This document shows positions 1 through 11,463 of a stretch of 34,155 nt of DNA, one piece after another. Positions within the stretch are counted from its first letter, which is position 1. Every line of letters begins with the position of its first letter. The DNA is from Porpidia crustulata (lineage: Eukaryota), in the NCBI GenBank assembly GCA_964255105.1, contig CAXUWE010000010.1:1-34155 (forward strand). The letters run 5' to 3'. Made by a program: the position numbers and the translations under genes. Below the pieces are notes generated by a model. That model had not been told where the DNA came from, did not search any database, and saw nothing but the letters and a program-made list of their open reading frames with translations.

Positions 1-35
1 TATTTCTTCGTTGATTTACCCCCATAGCTAGGTAG

Positions 36-1406
36 TTAGGAGGCCCCTAACAGTCGTCGATATTTGTGAATAACTAGGGCCGTGAATGTGCTACCCAAGA
101 AAAGTCTTGCAGAAAGGGCAATGATAACGGCCTTTCTCAACAGACCGAAATAGTCATCAAGTGGAGTTTCCCCAGCGATAAGGCGCAATCGATTAGACGA
201 CTGACTGAGTGACGTAGAGTATGCTTTAGAGTCTATCCCGCCAATTTCGGTTTCCCGAGAGGCGGTATCAATCGGTGTAGTCCCCATAGAATTGCAATTA
301 GTCTCAAGAATACTTTGTAGCCTGAGACTGTAAGTCATAGCTTTGATAATGCACCTGATATCCAAAGGAGATAGTGTGGGCCAAGCCCAAAGTCCCGAAG
401 TATCCTCGGCAGAGATATGTTTAAGAAAGTCTGCAGTGATACCGAGCGTCAAGCCCCATAGTAGCAAAGGTTTTCTTGAGACATTTGATTTATATCCATG
501 ACCAAGCCACCACGACCGAATACGATCACGCAAGTTTTTCATCATGGATTTGTGAACTTCCGGTAAGAAATCAGGAACAGAGCTGCAATACAAGCTCTCT
601 GCTGGCATCAGCTCTACGGCATTGAAAAGCATTTGGCCAAGAATGGCCCGAAGCACAATTCTTGATATTTGATGACCTGGCCTGGTCAAACGGTCAGCTA
701 CGTCACAGCATTGGTAAGTCTTGAGCGCTGGTGACAGTAGCGCGCGGATAGGAACCCAATGCACAGAGCTGACTTCCGCAGGTTGCAAAGTCAATGGCAA
801 GAGGTCATAGCGCATCGCAAGGTAGATGTAAGAACAGAGAACCATAAGCCTACTAACGTTAACGAAGAATCCCTAGCATACCCCTTACCTAAGTACATAC
901 GGCGTCTTCCCCCAGAAAGCGGTTACTACGCGTTCCGCGAGCTTACCTACACGTAGGAAGTGGTCTTCGTCGAGATCTAAACCAATTTCCTCCTTAGTTT
1001 CCCGCACACTTGTCGATTGATCATCCAATTCATCCGGCTCCCTCTTACCACCAGGCAAAGCAATTTGGCCCGTCCATCTATCACCTTTCCTAGTAGCACG
1101 CTTGATAAACAACACTTCAGGATCCCCCTGCTGAACCCAGTCTTGCAGAAAGAAATTCTCCAAGCGCTTGTAAATAGAGCCTACGCCTCTTCCGTGCTTC
1201 TCTGGCCTGTAAGCCGCTTGATGAGGGAATACAGGCCGAATCCGAACAACGAGAGCAACAGAGGCTCTTTTGTGGCACCCTCCTGGGTTAGGTATGTGTG
1301 GACAAGGGCTGTCGTGAATGTCGTATAAGGCAGTTTGAAGCTTTCTAATGAGGTTCGCTGGAAGCTGAGTCTCTTCAGCACTGCCTTCGTTGAGCGCGGA
1401 CTCCAT
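36..1406 (-). CDS. Nudix hydrolase, CoA-pyrophosphatase-like subfamily, with a C-terminal hydrophobic segment (439 aa; exons 1406-901, 849-36)
   Basis: Nudix box GGKREPDELDDQSTSVRETKEEIGL preceded by RWTGQIALPGG. Intron 900-850 (GTATGT...TAG) joins ORF 885..1436 to ORF 36..845 in frame (WGKTP-LMVLCS). First ATG is at 1406. Confidence 0.88.
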
Positions 1407-1601
1407 GTAGACAAAGCGAACAAGATATGATACCAAGCATCTCGGATAGATAGGAAGTCGTGGGAGAATAAGCGATGCGCTTGGCGGCTATGAAGCTCGG
1501 TCCTGCGCGCCTCAATCCGTCAACGATACGGAGTGTTTATTGCAGCCTCGAGACAGACAGGCTAATCTCTTTCGGGCTCTGGTAATCACCGAGTACCTGA
1601 T

Positions 1602-4091
1602 ATGCGGTTTGAAAAGACACTCAAAGCCTCCATCTACGAGCCGTGGAAGTCTCATTACATCGACTACACAAAGCTCAAGTGTATGCTACGGGAAGATGAC
1701 GCCCGGGGAGACGTCAAAAACTACTCGAAGCCGTCATGGACTGAAGACGATGAGAGTGCATTTGTTGAGCAGCTAGTCAACGTTCAGTTGGAGAGTGTCA
1801 ATGCATTCCAAGTCGAAACCTATAAGCGGCTTCAAGGACGAACATCTCGATGTGAAACAGAATTAGAGGACTTCATTAGGGTTGGAAGTCGTGATGAAAA
1901 GATTTACAATTCCACTGGAGCTAACCAGCAGAAGACGCCTGAGGTGCTGAGCCAAGTGCTCAGTGAACTTGATAGCATTACCACGGAGATTAATGAGTTG
2001 GAAAAGTTCAGCCGCTTGAACTTCACTGGATTTCTCAAGGCTGCGAAGAAGCATGATAGACGTCGAGGCTTGAGATATAAAGTCCTGCCATTATTACAAG
2101 TACGATTAGCAGCGCTTCCTTTCAATGCCGAAAATTACTCGCCGTTGCTTTACCGGTCAGTTTGCTGGTGCTGATAAAACGGTTATCAGATTCTTTCTAA
2201 TTCAGAGTAGGCTCTCAGCCATGTATTCTTTTGTGAGACACAACTCGCAAGGAAGTCAGGCTGGAGTAGCGCCTGTGTCTGAGACAAAGATTGGTGGGGA
2301 TAAATACAAATCATACAAATGTCTGCGAGCCACACAGATTTACCTAGGGTCATGCTAAGTCATTGCAGTTTGGGTGCATCCAGAAAATATATTGGAGGTT
2401 AAGACCTACATTCTTCGCCGGTTACCAGTGCTAGTCTTCAACCCACAGACCTCTAAAATTGCTGATAGCTGTCAATCGGATCCCACGATAACCTCCTTGT
2501 ATTTCGATAACCCTCAATTCTCTTTGTATAATCACAAGGTCTCCAACTTTGCCAAAGCATCCTCTTTACGCCTAAGATGGTTTGGTCGTTTAGGTGATAC
2601 ACCAGAAATCTTGTTGGAGAGGAAGATTACTGGAGAGAATGGTGATAGTGAAGAGGCTCGTTTTCCCATCAAAAAGAGATACGTACAACCATATATTTTG
2701 GGAGAGTACAAACTAGAGAAAAGAATAGCAAAGCTTCGAGAGCGACAGGGGAGTGACGCCAATGACGTTATCCAGCTAGAGCAGAACGTCGAAGACATTC
2801 AAAATTTTATCGAGGAGAATGCGCTCCAGCCTGTACTGAGAGCCAATTATACTCGTACGGCTTTTCAAATTCCAGGCGACGACAGAGTCCGAATATCGCT
2901 TGACACTGAATTAGCTTTCATTAGGGAGGACGCTCTTGATATTGATCGGCCATGTCGCAGTCCTGACCAATGGCATCGTGCCGAAATTGACGTGGCAGGC
3001 ATGGGATTTCCATTTTCGGGTATTCGTCAAAGGGAAATTTCGCTATTCCCTTACGCTATCTTAGAAATTAAGGTCCGTAATGGTGCTGCTAGGAGAACCC
3101 AGGAATGGATCGATGAATTAATGTCCTCCCATCTTGTCAAAAGTGCACCACGGTTCTCAAAATTTGTGCACGGCATTGCTCAACTGTTTGAGGATCAAGT
3201 CAACAGTTTTCCCTTCTGGTTAAAAGATTCGGAGATCGATATTAGGAGGGACCCTGGCACTGCATTTCAAGAGGAGCAGGAGGAGAAAGCAAAACAGACA
3301 GAAAACGAATCAGCTGCAGGCAGCCTACTCGGGAACAAATCTGTTTCATCATTCAGAGTAGGCGTCGGTTCTCCTGTGAGCAGACCTGCAACTGCAACCA
3401 ACATGATGGGACCGAAACTTGGAATAGACGATTTTGCCGAGGAGGCTGACTCAGAGGATGAAGCGGAGCAGACAAGTTTTCCAGCTCCATCAACCATCCC
3501 ACGCGTTCGGTCCTTCCTACCTCCATTTTCAAGTTCGAAGTATGCGCGTGCCCATCGAAGTGGACCAGTGCAGCTCCCACCAGGACTTAGCGAACCTGGC
3601 CAGCTGATTAAGGACTCTGGACCCGTGCGTGTGGAGCCTAAGGTTTGGCTTGCCAACCAAAGGACGTTCATTAAATGGCAGCATATTTCTGTTCTGTTGG
3701 CGTCGTTATCGTTAGGGCTCTACAACGCAGCGGGAGTTTCAAACAGTACAGCACGTGCCTTGGCTGTGGTTTATACATTGATAGCTGCTTTTGCTGGAAT
3801 CTGGGGTTGGTGGATGTACCAAGTTCGCAGTCAGATGATACAACAGCGGAGCGGAAAGGATTTCGATGCAGTCTTCGGTCCGATACTGATTTGCATTGGC
3901 CTCATCATTGCGCTAATGATCAACTTTGTAATGAAGGTAAGTACTTAATCTGGTTTTTTTTGGCTCATACTGATACTGTGTAGTATCGCACAGTCGATAT
4001 GATGGTCTACGAAGGGCAAAGCTATAACGAAGCTCTCAAACGTATCGGTAGAGTTCAAGATGATCTCAAGGTTCCTGGGTGGATCAATTAA
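1602..4091 (+). CDS. VTC2: Vacuolar transporter chaperone subunit, Vtc2/Vtc3-type (SPX + VTC tunnel domain + 3-TM DUF202; 779 aa; exons 1602-2155, 2211-2320, 2369-3936, 3984-4091)
   Basis: SPX motifs MRFEKTL..YIDYTKLK and NFTGFLKAAKKHDR. VTC motifs SYKFWVHPENILEVKTYILRRLP, ITSLYFDN, LRLRW, YTRTAFQIPGDDRVRISLD. TM-region motif VEPKVWLANQRTFIKW. Three GT-AG introns restore one frame. Confidence 0.9.
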
Positions 4092-4103
4092 CAGTGAAAA
4101 CGT

Positions 4104-4643
4104 TCAATCAAGGACTTCGCCAATCTTCAATATTCTGTCTAAGGATGTGACTATCCACATGACATGATCCGTCAAAAAGCTGTAGGTGCGAGTCCAGAAA
4201 TCGAGAAGGCTGCTTTGGATCGAGGGTCCCCGACTCGCTATAGAACATACCGGCAAGTGCTGCTTCCCTTACAACAATGCTATAATCAAGAATTGAGATC
4301 CGTATTTTCTCAGATTGAAGGCCAAATGTAGATCCTTGCGAGAGTAGATGTCATGGAATATCTGTTAACGCAAGTCGATCAGGATCAGCACGATCATGCC
4401 TATAGATTTCATGACCTCTTGGTCTTAGTCACTCCTCATACTTAAGGTACCCTGCCTGGTATTCCTTTATCGTTTATTGGGGGGAGCCTCAACGCTGGCA
4501 CAATGATCGAGGGCCAGATCCCCTTCTCCCTCTTCCTCACTATGCTAGTCGAAAATCGCAATCGAAGCACTTCCTTGCATCAAGTTTTCATAAACCCTGT
4601 TCCGCACGTTCAGAGCCCTTCGCACGATCAACACGAGATCTGA
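4104..4643 (-). pseudogene. Possible decayed coding relic of unknown family
   Basis: One minus-strand frame reads protein-like for about 180 codons (HSEEEGEGDLALDH, QIFHDIYSRKDLHLAFNLRKYG) but contains five TAA/TAG stops. An intron-like GTATGG..CTAAT..AG lies just upstream. No family recognised. Confidence 0.25.
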
Positions 4644-5352
4644 CTTATGCAAAATGATTAGTTGGGATTTCATTTGGAACCATACGGAATTTCGATATAG
4701 AGCGCGAAAAGACACAGGCTATGTGCTATTCGGAATACATCTACCATAGAGTGTAGAAGATAATATCCTCGGATCACCATTCTGACACCAAGAGCGCTCA
4801 CTGATGGCTCAACCTATCTGAATAAAAGAAATGGAAAGGTTGCAAAATTAGCTAGCAAGTCTGCATTTGATATTCATATATCAAAAGAAATGGAAACAAC
4901 ACTCAACACTTGCCAATCCTATCCCTGGCTTAAACCCCATGACTTACTTGAGATTAACCTCGTCTTTGTTCACCTCGCTACAATCAATCTATTTGTTTTC
5001 TACACACAGTGACACTGATCTAAATCACGAAACTGGGATGATAGTGATGGCTGGGCAACATAGCTCTGAGGTACTCGAACGCGGCGAATTGGGTATGCTG
5101 AAGCTAGGCTGATTTTCACCTTAGTCTGATCGCAATGATGATCCATCGCCGTATCAGGAGCGTCGCCTCTTCAGAGCTCTCCGCCGCATTCCGTTAAATT
5201 CCCTGCATCAATCAAAGGATCACCAAATCGCAGAGCACTGCGAATTCGCGGCTCGCACCCATTCGCCTGTTTCCCGTGATACTTACCTCACAAAAGTCGA
5301 TGAGTGTGTTTGCTACAATGGTGTTTTCGGTAGTATACTCAGTAGACCAGTC

Positions 5353-7545
5353 ATGCAGCAGCCGAAATGGCCACCAGAGGGTGTTGATATCCGCTTTAAA
5401 CTAAGTCTCGAAGACGCCGAAACACTCATTGGCGAAGGCGCTGCATTTTTCCAAGGTTTCGCTTTCCAGACTTTGAATGTGCCATTCCGTCATTATCGAT
5501 TCTATGCCTTCGCTGGCATAAGAGACGGCCAACAGAGTCTGGAGGCTTTACTCAAGCCATTTCCGCTGTCAAGAACTATGTCGCTCGTGTTGGGCCAAGA
5601 ATCCGAGAGCCCGATGCCATGGGAGACATTAGAGCAACCGAGTAAGACCATGTGCTTCGGATCCTCGCCAGGGACGATCACAATGAATTATTGGGTTGGC
5701 TTAGCTATGCGCCGCTTGCCGCCATCGGAAACAGTCTCGAACATTCTCGTCAGACCTTTGGAGCTCGTGACGATCCTAGATCGCTTGGAATTTCTGGAGG
5801 GTGGCTTAGACCAACATGTGAGCTCCCCATGCTTTCATTTAGAATTACATCCATTGGGCTGACATCATTTTATACTAGGCCGAAGCTAGGGAGGATTTTC
5901 TGTACTCGCATTTGACTTATGATCCCGATATGTCTGCAATCGGCGAAAATGATATGTTCAAACAGATAGCTGTGCTCATAGCTGTCTTGGACACCCCACA
6001 CTGGATAGACTTCAGCAATCCCAAATTCCAGGTTATTGCAGCCAGCTACGATAGCACAGAGCCAGAAACGATCCAGCGATTCTTCCACCAGCTGCTACTG
6101 AGCATCGAACTTCATCTTCGAATTGAATCTATCGATTTCAACGATGTCGAGAAACAGCAATGTTTGGTATCGCTACCTGATCGAGTTGCTTGGACCGTTG
6201 CGCTTGCCAAGATCTGGCTGTCACACGTGACCATCAAGGAGGTGGATCATACTCGGTCTGAAGACTCCTGGGCACTCTTGCCATCCTTCCATGTTACTCC
6301 TTACGATAAGCTCACACGAATGAAGCACGTAGAGGAACTGGGATGGGCACTTAAATGGCCAAATATGGAGCAGGTGTGCAAGGTCCTTGAACAAGAGATC
6401 GAAGGACAAACAACCCTTGAATCCAGCAGCGTTGACGCGAAATCTTTCTTCTCTGGGGTAATTTTGCCTGGCGCTTCAGTGTCCTGGCTTGCCATGAGTT
6501 GCCTCATCGCTTGTGACGCAAAAATCGGACGTAAACTTCAGGGTCTTAGCTCTATGCACCCGCAGTCTGGATTTCAATACCGTAATGCCACATACTGGTA
6601 CTGGACCAGTATTGTTGGCAAAGTTCTTGGTGCCTCGAAAGGCGTGAATCAAAATGCCGGCTGGATAGGGCCATGTCTTTACACTTCCGACCTTGAGCGG
6701 TACATTCCAGGAAGTCCCAAACCAGAGCGAGTACATTGTGTCGTTGTAAATCCCGATCCTGTGCCGACACGATTGACCAAACACAAGATCAAGAGTATGT
6801 CAGCACGAAGTAACCCTTTCGGACCTCCTGACGAGATTATCCCCGTGGATGAATTCGAAGTCGTACATCCAGCGTACCACATTGTAGATACTATTCGAAT
6901 CGAGAAGCTGGCTTGCCCCTTCGAAGGCGATGCCAAGTATACTGCAAGCGACGAACCGTCAACCTTCATGGTTGCCATCCAAATCGCCGTTCGAGGGGCC
7001 ACTTTTAATATAAGGCTTCGCCATGATACCTCATATATTAAAGCTGTTCCTTGCAAAGGCACCCATGTACTCTTCTGGGACTACGCTTACAAATCTATCC
7101 CCGTCGATGGCCTTCTCTACCAGACATGTTGGGGCGGGGTTGACGCAACTTTACCCCTAACAGCGACTTCCTTCGAGCTTGTCGGCGAACCAGGCTCCAG
7201 TAATCCACGTAAGAAATCTGACGTTTACGATGATGAAGCAGTCTTAGTTGTCGAAGCTTTCGGGGTAGCTGACAATGAAGTCTTTGCTCGTGCATGGTAA
7301 GTCGTATCTGTATCGAGGCATTAATTTTGCCAGCCGCTGATTCATATAGGTGTGCTTACATGGGCCTCTCAGCCATTATCGCCAACATCGATGAGACTTG
7401 CATGGCTTGCGCTATACGAGAAGCGTATGCCGCTGCTATCACCGTTGTGATTTTGACAAGTGGATTAAAGAACGAGAATATCGAAGCGGTCGAACGTTCG
7501 CCTCCCCGCCCTAAGAAGACTCGAGCTCGCATACCCACCGTTTAA
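5353..7545 (+). CDS. Uncharacterised fungal protein with a C-terminal Cys motif (692 aa; exons 5353-5817, 5879-7296, 7350-7545)
   Basis: Introns 5818-5878 (GTGAGC..GCTGAC..TAG) and 7297-7349 (GTAAGT..GCTGAT..TAG) join three ORFs in frame. C-terminus VLVVEAFGVADNEVFARAWCAYMG...TCMACAIREA. Confidence 0.85.
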
Positions 7546-8575
7546 ATGGACTTGGGGCGGGCTTCATCGATATTGGCTCGCGTTTTGGTAAGAAGTGAAC
7601 AAGACCCACCATAGATTGGTGTCTTTCACGTATCGAGCAGCAATACAATATAATTGTTTGATGTGTCTTAATGGATGACTAGGTTGGAGTCACAATTGCT
7701 GACGTTGAAGCTCTTCTACACGGCATACTCGGCTTTTCGGACCTTTTCTTATCATGAAGGAAGTGCATGACTTACGATCACTTCAGAATATTGCGTACCT
7801 GCCGGGATTACGTACTATGGACTGCTCGGTTTTCGTCATCTACTAATCCTGACGATTAATGCACGCGCCCCGTCAGGAACGGCATTGGAACACTTTGGTA
7901 TCTCATCAATTGGAAATGCGCGCATAGATTCTGGTACAGTCATGCAGGGAGAAGATTCTTTTTGTTTCGAAGGTAATGATAAGATGCAACGCTGTGTGAA
8001 GTTACACGGGTCACGGCCAAGTTTGCGCATTCCGGCGTGACATCTGTACTGCGTATATCTACGTACACTTGTATGCTATTGTTCTCAATGCTCAGTAGGA
8101 AGGCATGTTGGGAAATTGCGTCGGCATTTACTAGTATAGACGTCTCAGCTCTCGGTAAAATGCTAAACTCATTTCCACAAGCTGCGAATAGCAGTCGTTC
8201 TTACATGATGTCTGGTTCTCGTTGGGGTATTCTCCAATTTGCGCCTAGCAAATCGTAGATTTCTGATGTTCTCGGGACCCGGCTATCAAATACCCATTCC
8301 CCGAATGGCAAGGATAGTGTGCCATCATTTTGGCATTTCGTTCCTCATATATTGCGATCATAGCATATGTATTCTTGGTTCAAGCCCTTCGTGGAGTACT
8401 TGCTCAACCAATGGGATAGGATACTGGAATCTACGCCTAGTAATAATGAGAATGGTTGCTGATTGACGCCTGCGCTCGTGTCAATGCTAGGCTCTTTGGT
8501 GACCAGACTGGCGAGACTGGAGGTCGGCGGAGCTATACGGTGCATGGAAGCTATCGGAAATTGGAAGATTCTGGA

Positions 8576-9709
8576 TTATCCATCGGTCTCATCTTTGACA
8601 GCCTTCACTTGCTCTGCTTTTGAGGAGTCACTTTCGTCCAGACTACTGCTCTTCTCACTGATCGGGCTTCCTTCGATCATAAAACCTTCACTTCTCTCTA
8701 CAAGGCTTCGATAGTAATCCACGAGTACCTCAGGTTTCGGCACGATCCTCCACTCGACCCTCCAAAGGAACTCTAATTCCAGTAGCGCTAGCTCTTTGAG
8801 ACTGACTCCTCCAACTCTAGCATAGGTATTGTTTGTCCAAAACGAATCACTAAGCCCTTTACTTGCGACAGTCGCGCTGGTGATTAAGAAACGATGGACA
8901 GTGAGGGAGGATATGGTGAATGCAGGATACAGAGCACAAAGCCGGTCAATGTAGTACACCATACTGAGCAAGATAGGCGGCGAAAGGGTTGCATGCGTCG
9001 TTAACCGCTGAAGATAGTCCTTGACGCTAATTCCAGGCGGAGCTCGAGAATGAAACCTGGTTAAGCGGCCATCTTTCAAGGGAATATCATCGTTGAAACG
9101 CACAAGCTCCATAAGCATATTACTTATAAGCAGGACGAGATCTTTGACATCACATGTCTCATATTGCGCAGGCATGTATTTGGCTGCAGATTTGGGCGGG
9201 CGGGCTCGTTTGGGAGATGACCCTTGACTAGATGAAGAAGCCGATTTGGCAAGCGTCGTCGAGGATACTGTGGCTGCTTGAGAGATTGATGACGACACGT
9301 TCGTGCGTTTGGATGACATTTGCGGTGCCAGAGTAGGCTCTTTGGGAATTTCCGGTGACTGCGATAAACTTCTCCGTTTTCCCAAAGAGTCCTGGGGCTT
9401 CGTCATTGATGGTACGCCTGCGAGAGGCGGGGAGTACTGAGTGCTCGCATCCACCGTTTGGTTGGTCGAAGGATACGTTGACTGGCTTGACCTAGATGTT
9501 GGACGCTTATGGGGGTTCGGGGCGGTGGATTTAGCCTGAGGGGGTTTCCGTGGAAATGCACCTGGTGAAGGAGGCTTAATGTAAGGACGTGGAGACGGAT
9601 TAGAAGGGAAGTGGTATAATCCATGATGGGAGTTATGGTGGAAACCCGCTCTGGGGGAGACTGAAGCAGTACTGGCGTGGAGCGTTGGTGATGGAGATGA
9701 TGTTATCAT
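8576..9709 (-). CDS. preg: PHO80/PREG-type Pho85 cyclin, negative regulator of the phosphate regulon (377 aa from ATG 9709; the ORF stays open upstream to ATG 10000)
   Basis: Cyclin box LTRFHSRAPPGISVKDYLQRL..LLSMVYYIDRL..SSLTVHRFLIT..VASKGLSDSFWTNNTYARVGGV..ELALLELEFL after a Ser/Pro-rich N-terminus. The start choice is inferred. Confidence 0.9.
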   Translation of the reverse strand: MITSSPSPTLHASTASVSPRAGFHHNSHHGLYHFPSNPSPRPYIKPPSPGAFPRKPPQAKSTAPNPHKRPTSRSSQSTYPSTNQTVDASTQYSPPLAGVPSMTKPQDSLGKRRSLSQSPEIPKEPTLAPQMSSKRTNVSSSISQAATVSSTTLAKSASSSSQGSSPKRARPPKSAAKYMPAQYETCDVKDLVLLISNMLMELVRFNDDIPLKDGRLTRFHSRAPPGISVKDYLQRLTTHATLSPPILLSMVYYIDRLCALYPAFTISSLTVHRFLITSATVASKGLSDSFWTNNTYARVGGVSLKELALLELEFLWRVEWRIVPKPEVLVDYYRSLVERSEGFMIEGSPISEKSSSLDESDSSKAEQVKAVKDETDG

Positions 9710-11463
9710 CTCAAAATTCTCGTCGGAAACACTGTAGGCAGTGTTGCTGCCGCCACTAGATGTGGAAAACGGGCTTGTTTGCAGAGCACTACCGTTTGTC
9801 TGGGCAAACAAGGCAAGAGCATACTTGTAAAGGCGAGAGATAATTGTGCGTTCGTCGTAGCTGCATGGGACAAAGTCGGAATAGCGGGACTCTCGTAAGG
9901 ATGAAGTTCGCCAAGCCCCATCTGCGTAATAGTGTCTTTGCGCCTGCCGTTGTCTTTCGTACGGCAACCTCTCCGCATAAGGACGCGGTCGCTTGGGCAT
10001 ATCTATTTATATATTATCACTATCTCACCTCACATTTGACGGCAGAGCAGCAATACACTACAATAATTGTAGTAAGTACCGGATTGGCTGCAGGAAATTG
10101 ACAATGAGATCTGAGTTTCTTACGATCAAAATAAGCTTTACTCGGGTTCCTTCCCGTACAGGAATTCTGTAGGTATATATATATGTGCGTGTAGATTGAT
10201 GTATGTACTACAGGATGTACATCACTCTCCTTGCGCTCTCCATTGTGGAACTAGTGACGCCGTTTCCCCCGGATTCTTCCCCGCAAAGATCTCTTCGGAA
10301 GCGCAAGCACAGGCATTGTTTTGACTGCCGACTGCCGCACCGATTTCCCTTCCTGCAATTTGCACAGCAATGTTGCAAAGTACAGATGTCGTTGGAAAAG
10401 CGCAACAGATGCATCGTGTAAACACGTTTCAAAGTCGTTGCTGTTTCCGCGATTGCAGTTGGGAAGATGGATATGCGCCATGGCTTTGGTCTCTGACCGC
10501 AGCCGCTGCATAGGATGAGCGTCGCGTATCCGGAAACCCTGGCGAGCCTGATCAGATGAACTCAGATAATCTCATAAGGTACTAAAAAGAGTTCCACACT
10601 GAATTCGAGACTGAAGAGAACGGATGCCATGTGGTGAAATAAATTAGGGGTAGTAAAATAGAATGGAGTTGTAAGTCGTTCATCGAACTTGTGCGTTTGA
10701 AGGCACCAACATTATGCTCCATAGCCCGAGAAGTAGTGGAAATAAGGAATTGACTTGATGATTATAACGCTTTGCCTTTCAGCTTTTTGTTAGTATGTTG
10801 TTCGGTTCATTGGATAAAGTACGAAATTGGCAAATGTAAACATGATCAAAATCCTATTGACATGGCATCTGGGCCAACTTGAAAGTAGATATTGAGGTAT
10901 GACAAGAACTACATACAGCGGTGACACTTGTTACTCGGTACTGCATCGATGCTGACCTTGAAGAATTGATTCTACATTGCAATATCTCGTGACAAAGCGT
11001 CGGAGTGATGATGAAGCATCGAAAGGTCGGCGCGGAGGAAGTACAGTAGGTACTTTGTCCGACTTCCCGACAACACGTCAACCACACATGAGGTAGTGTG
11101 GCAGTATAGCCAACGGAGTGCACAGACATCTACCTTACTTTACATTGCTACCCAGTATCCAATTCTGACGCTGGAGAATTGAAAGAAAGGTCCATACTCG
11201 GTGTGAGTCGTAGCAATAGTCAGTGTATGCTATCTGGCAATCTAGCTCACAGTCCTTCAGCATCAATTGCTTATCGAGAGACAAGTCAACAAATACAACT
11301 CGAATTGCTGGAACAGTTCTTCAGAGCTTTGCCTAGCAGTAGCTGCAACTCCATAAACAGGCTCCATATACTGACCGATTGCTGCTCATCTGCCTCATCC
11401 AGCTACTCATGACCAAGCAGAACGATAGCCGCAAACAGAGACTACGCTGTCTTCGATAAGACC

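Noticed and set aside
10415..10428. CGTGTAAACACGTT dyad with a CACGTT low-affinity Pho4-type site upstream of PREG
   Set aside because: A single short match that is expected by chance.
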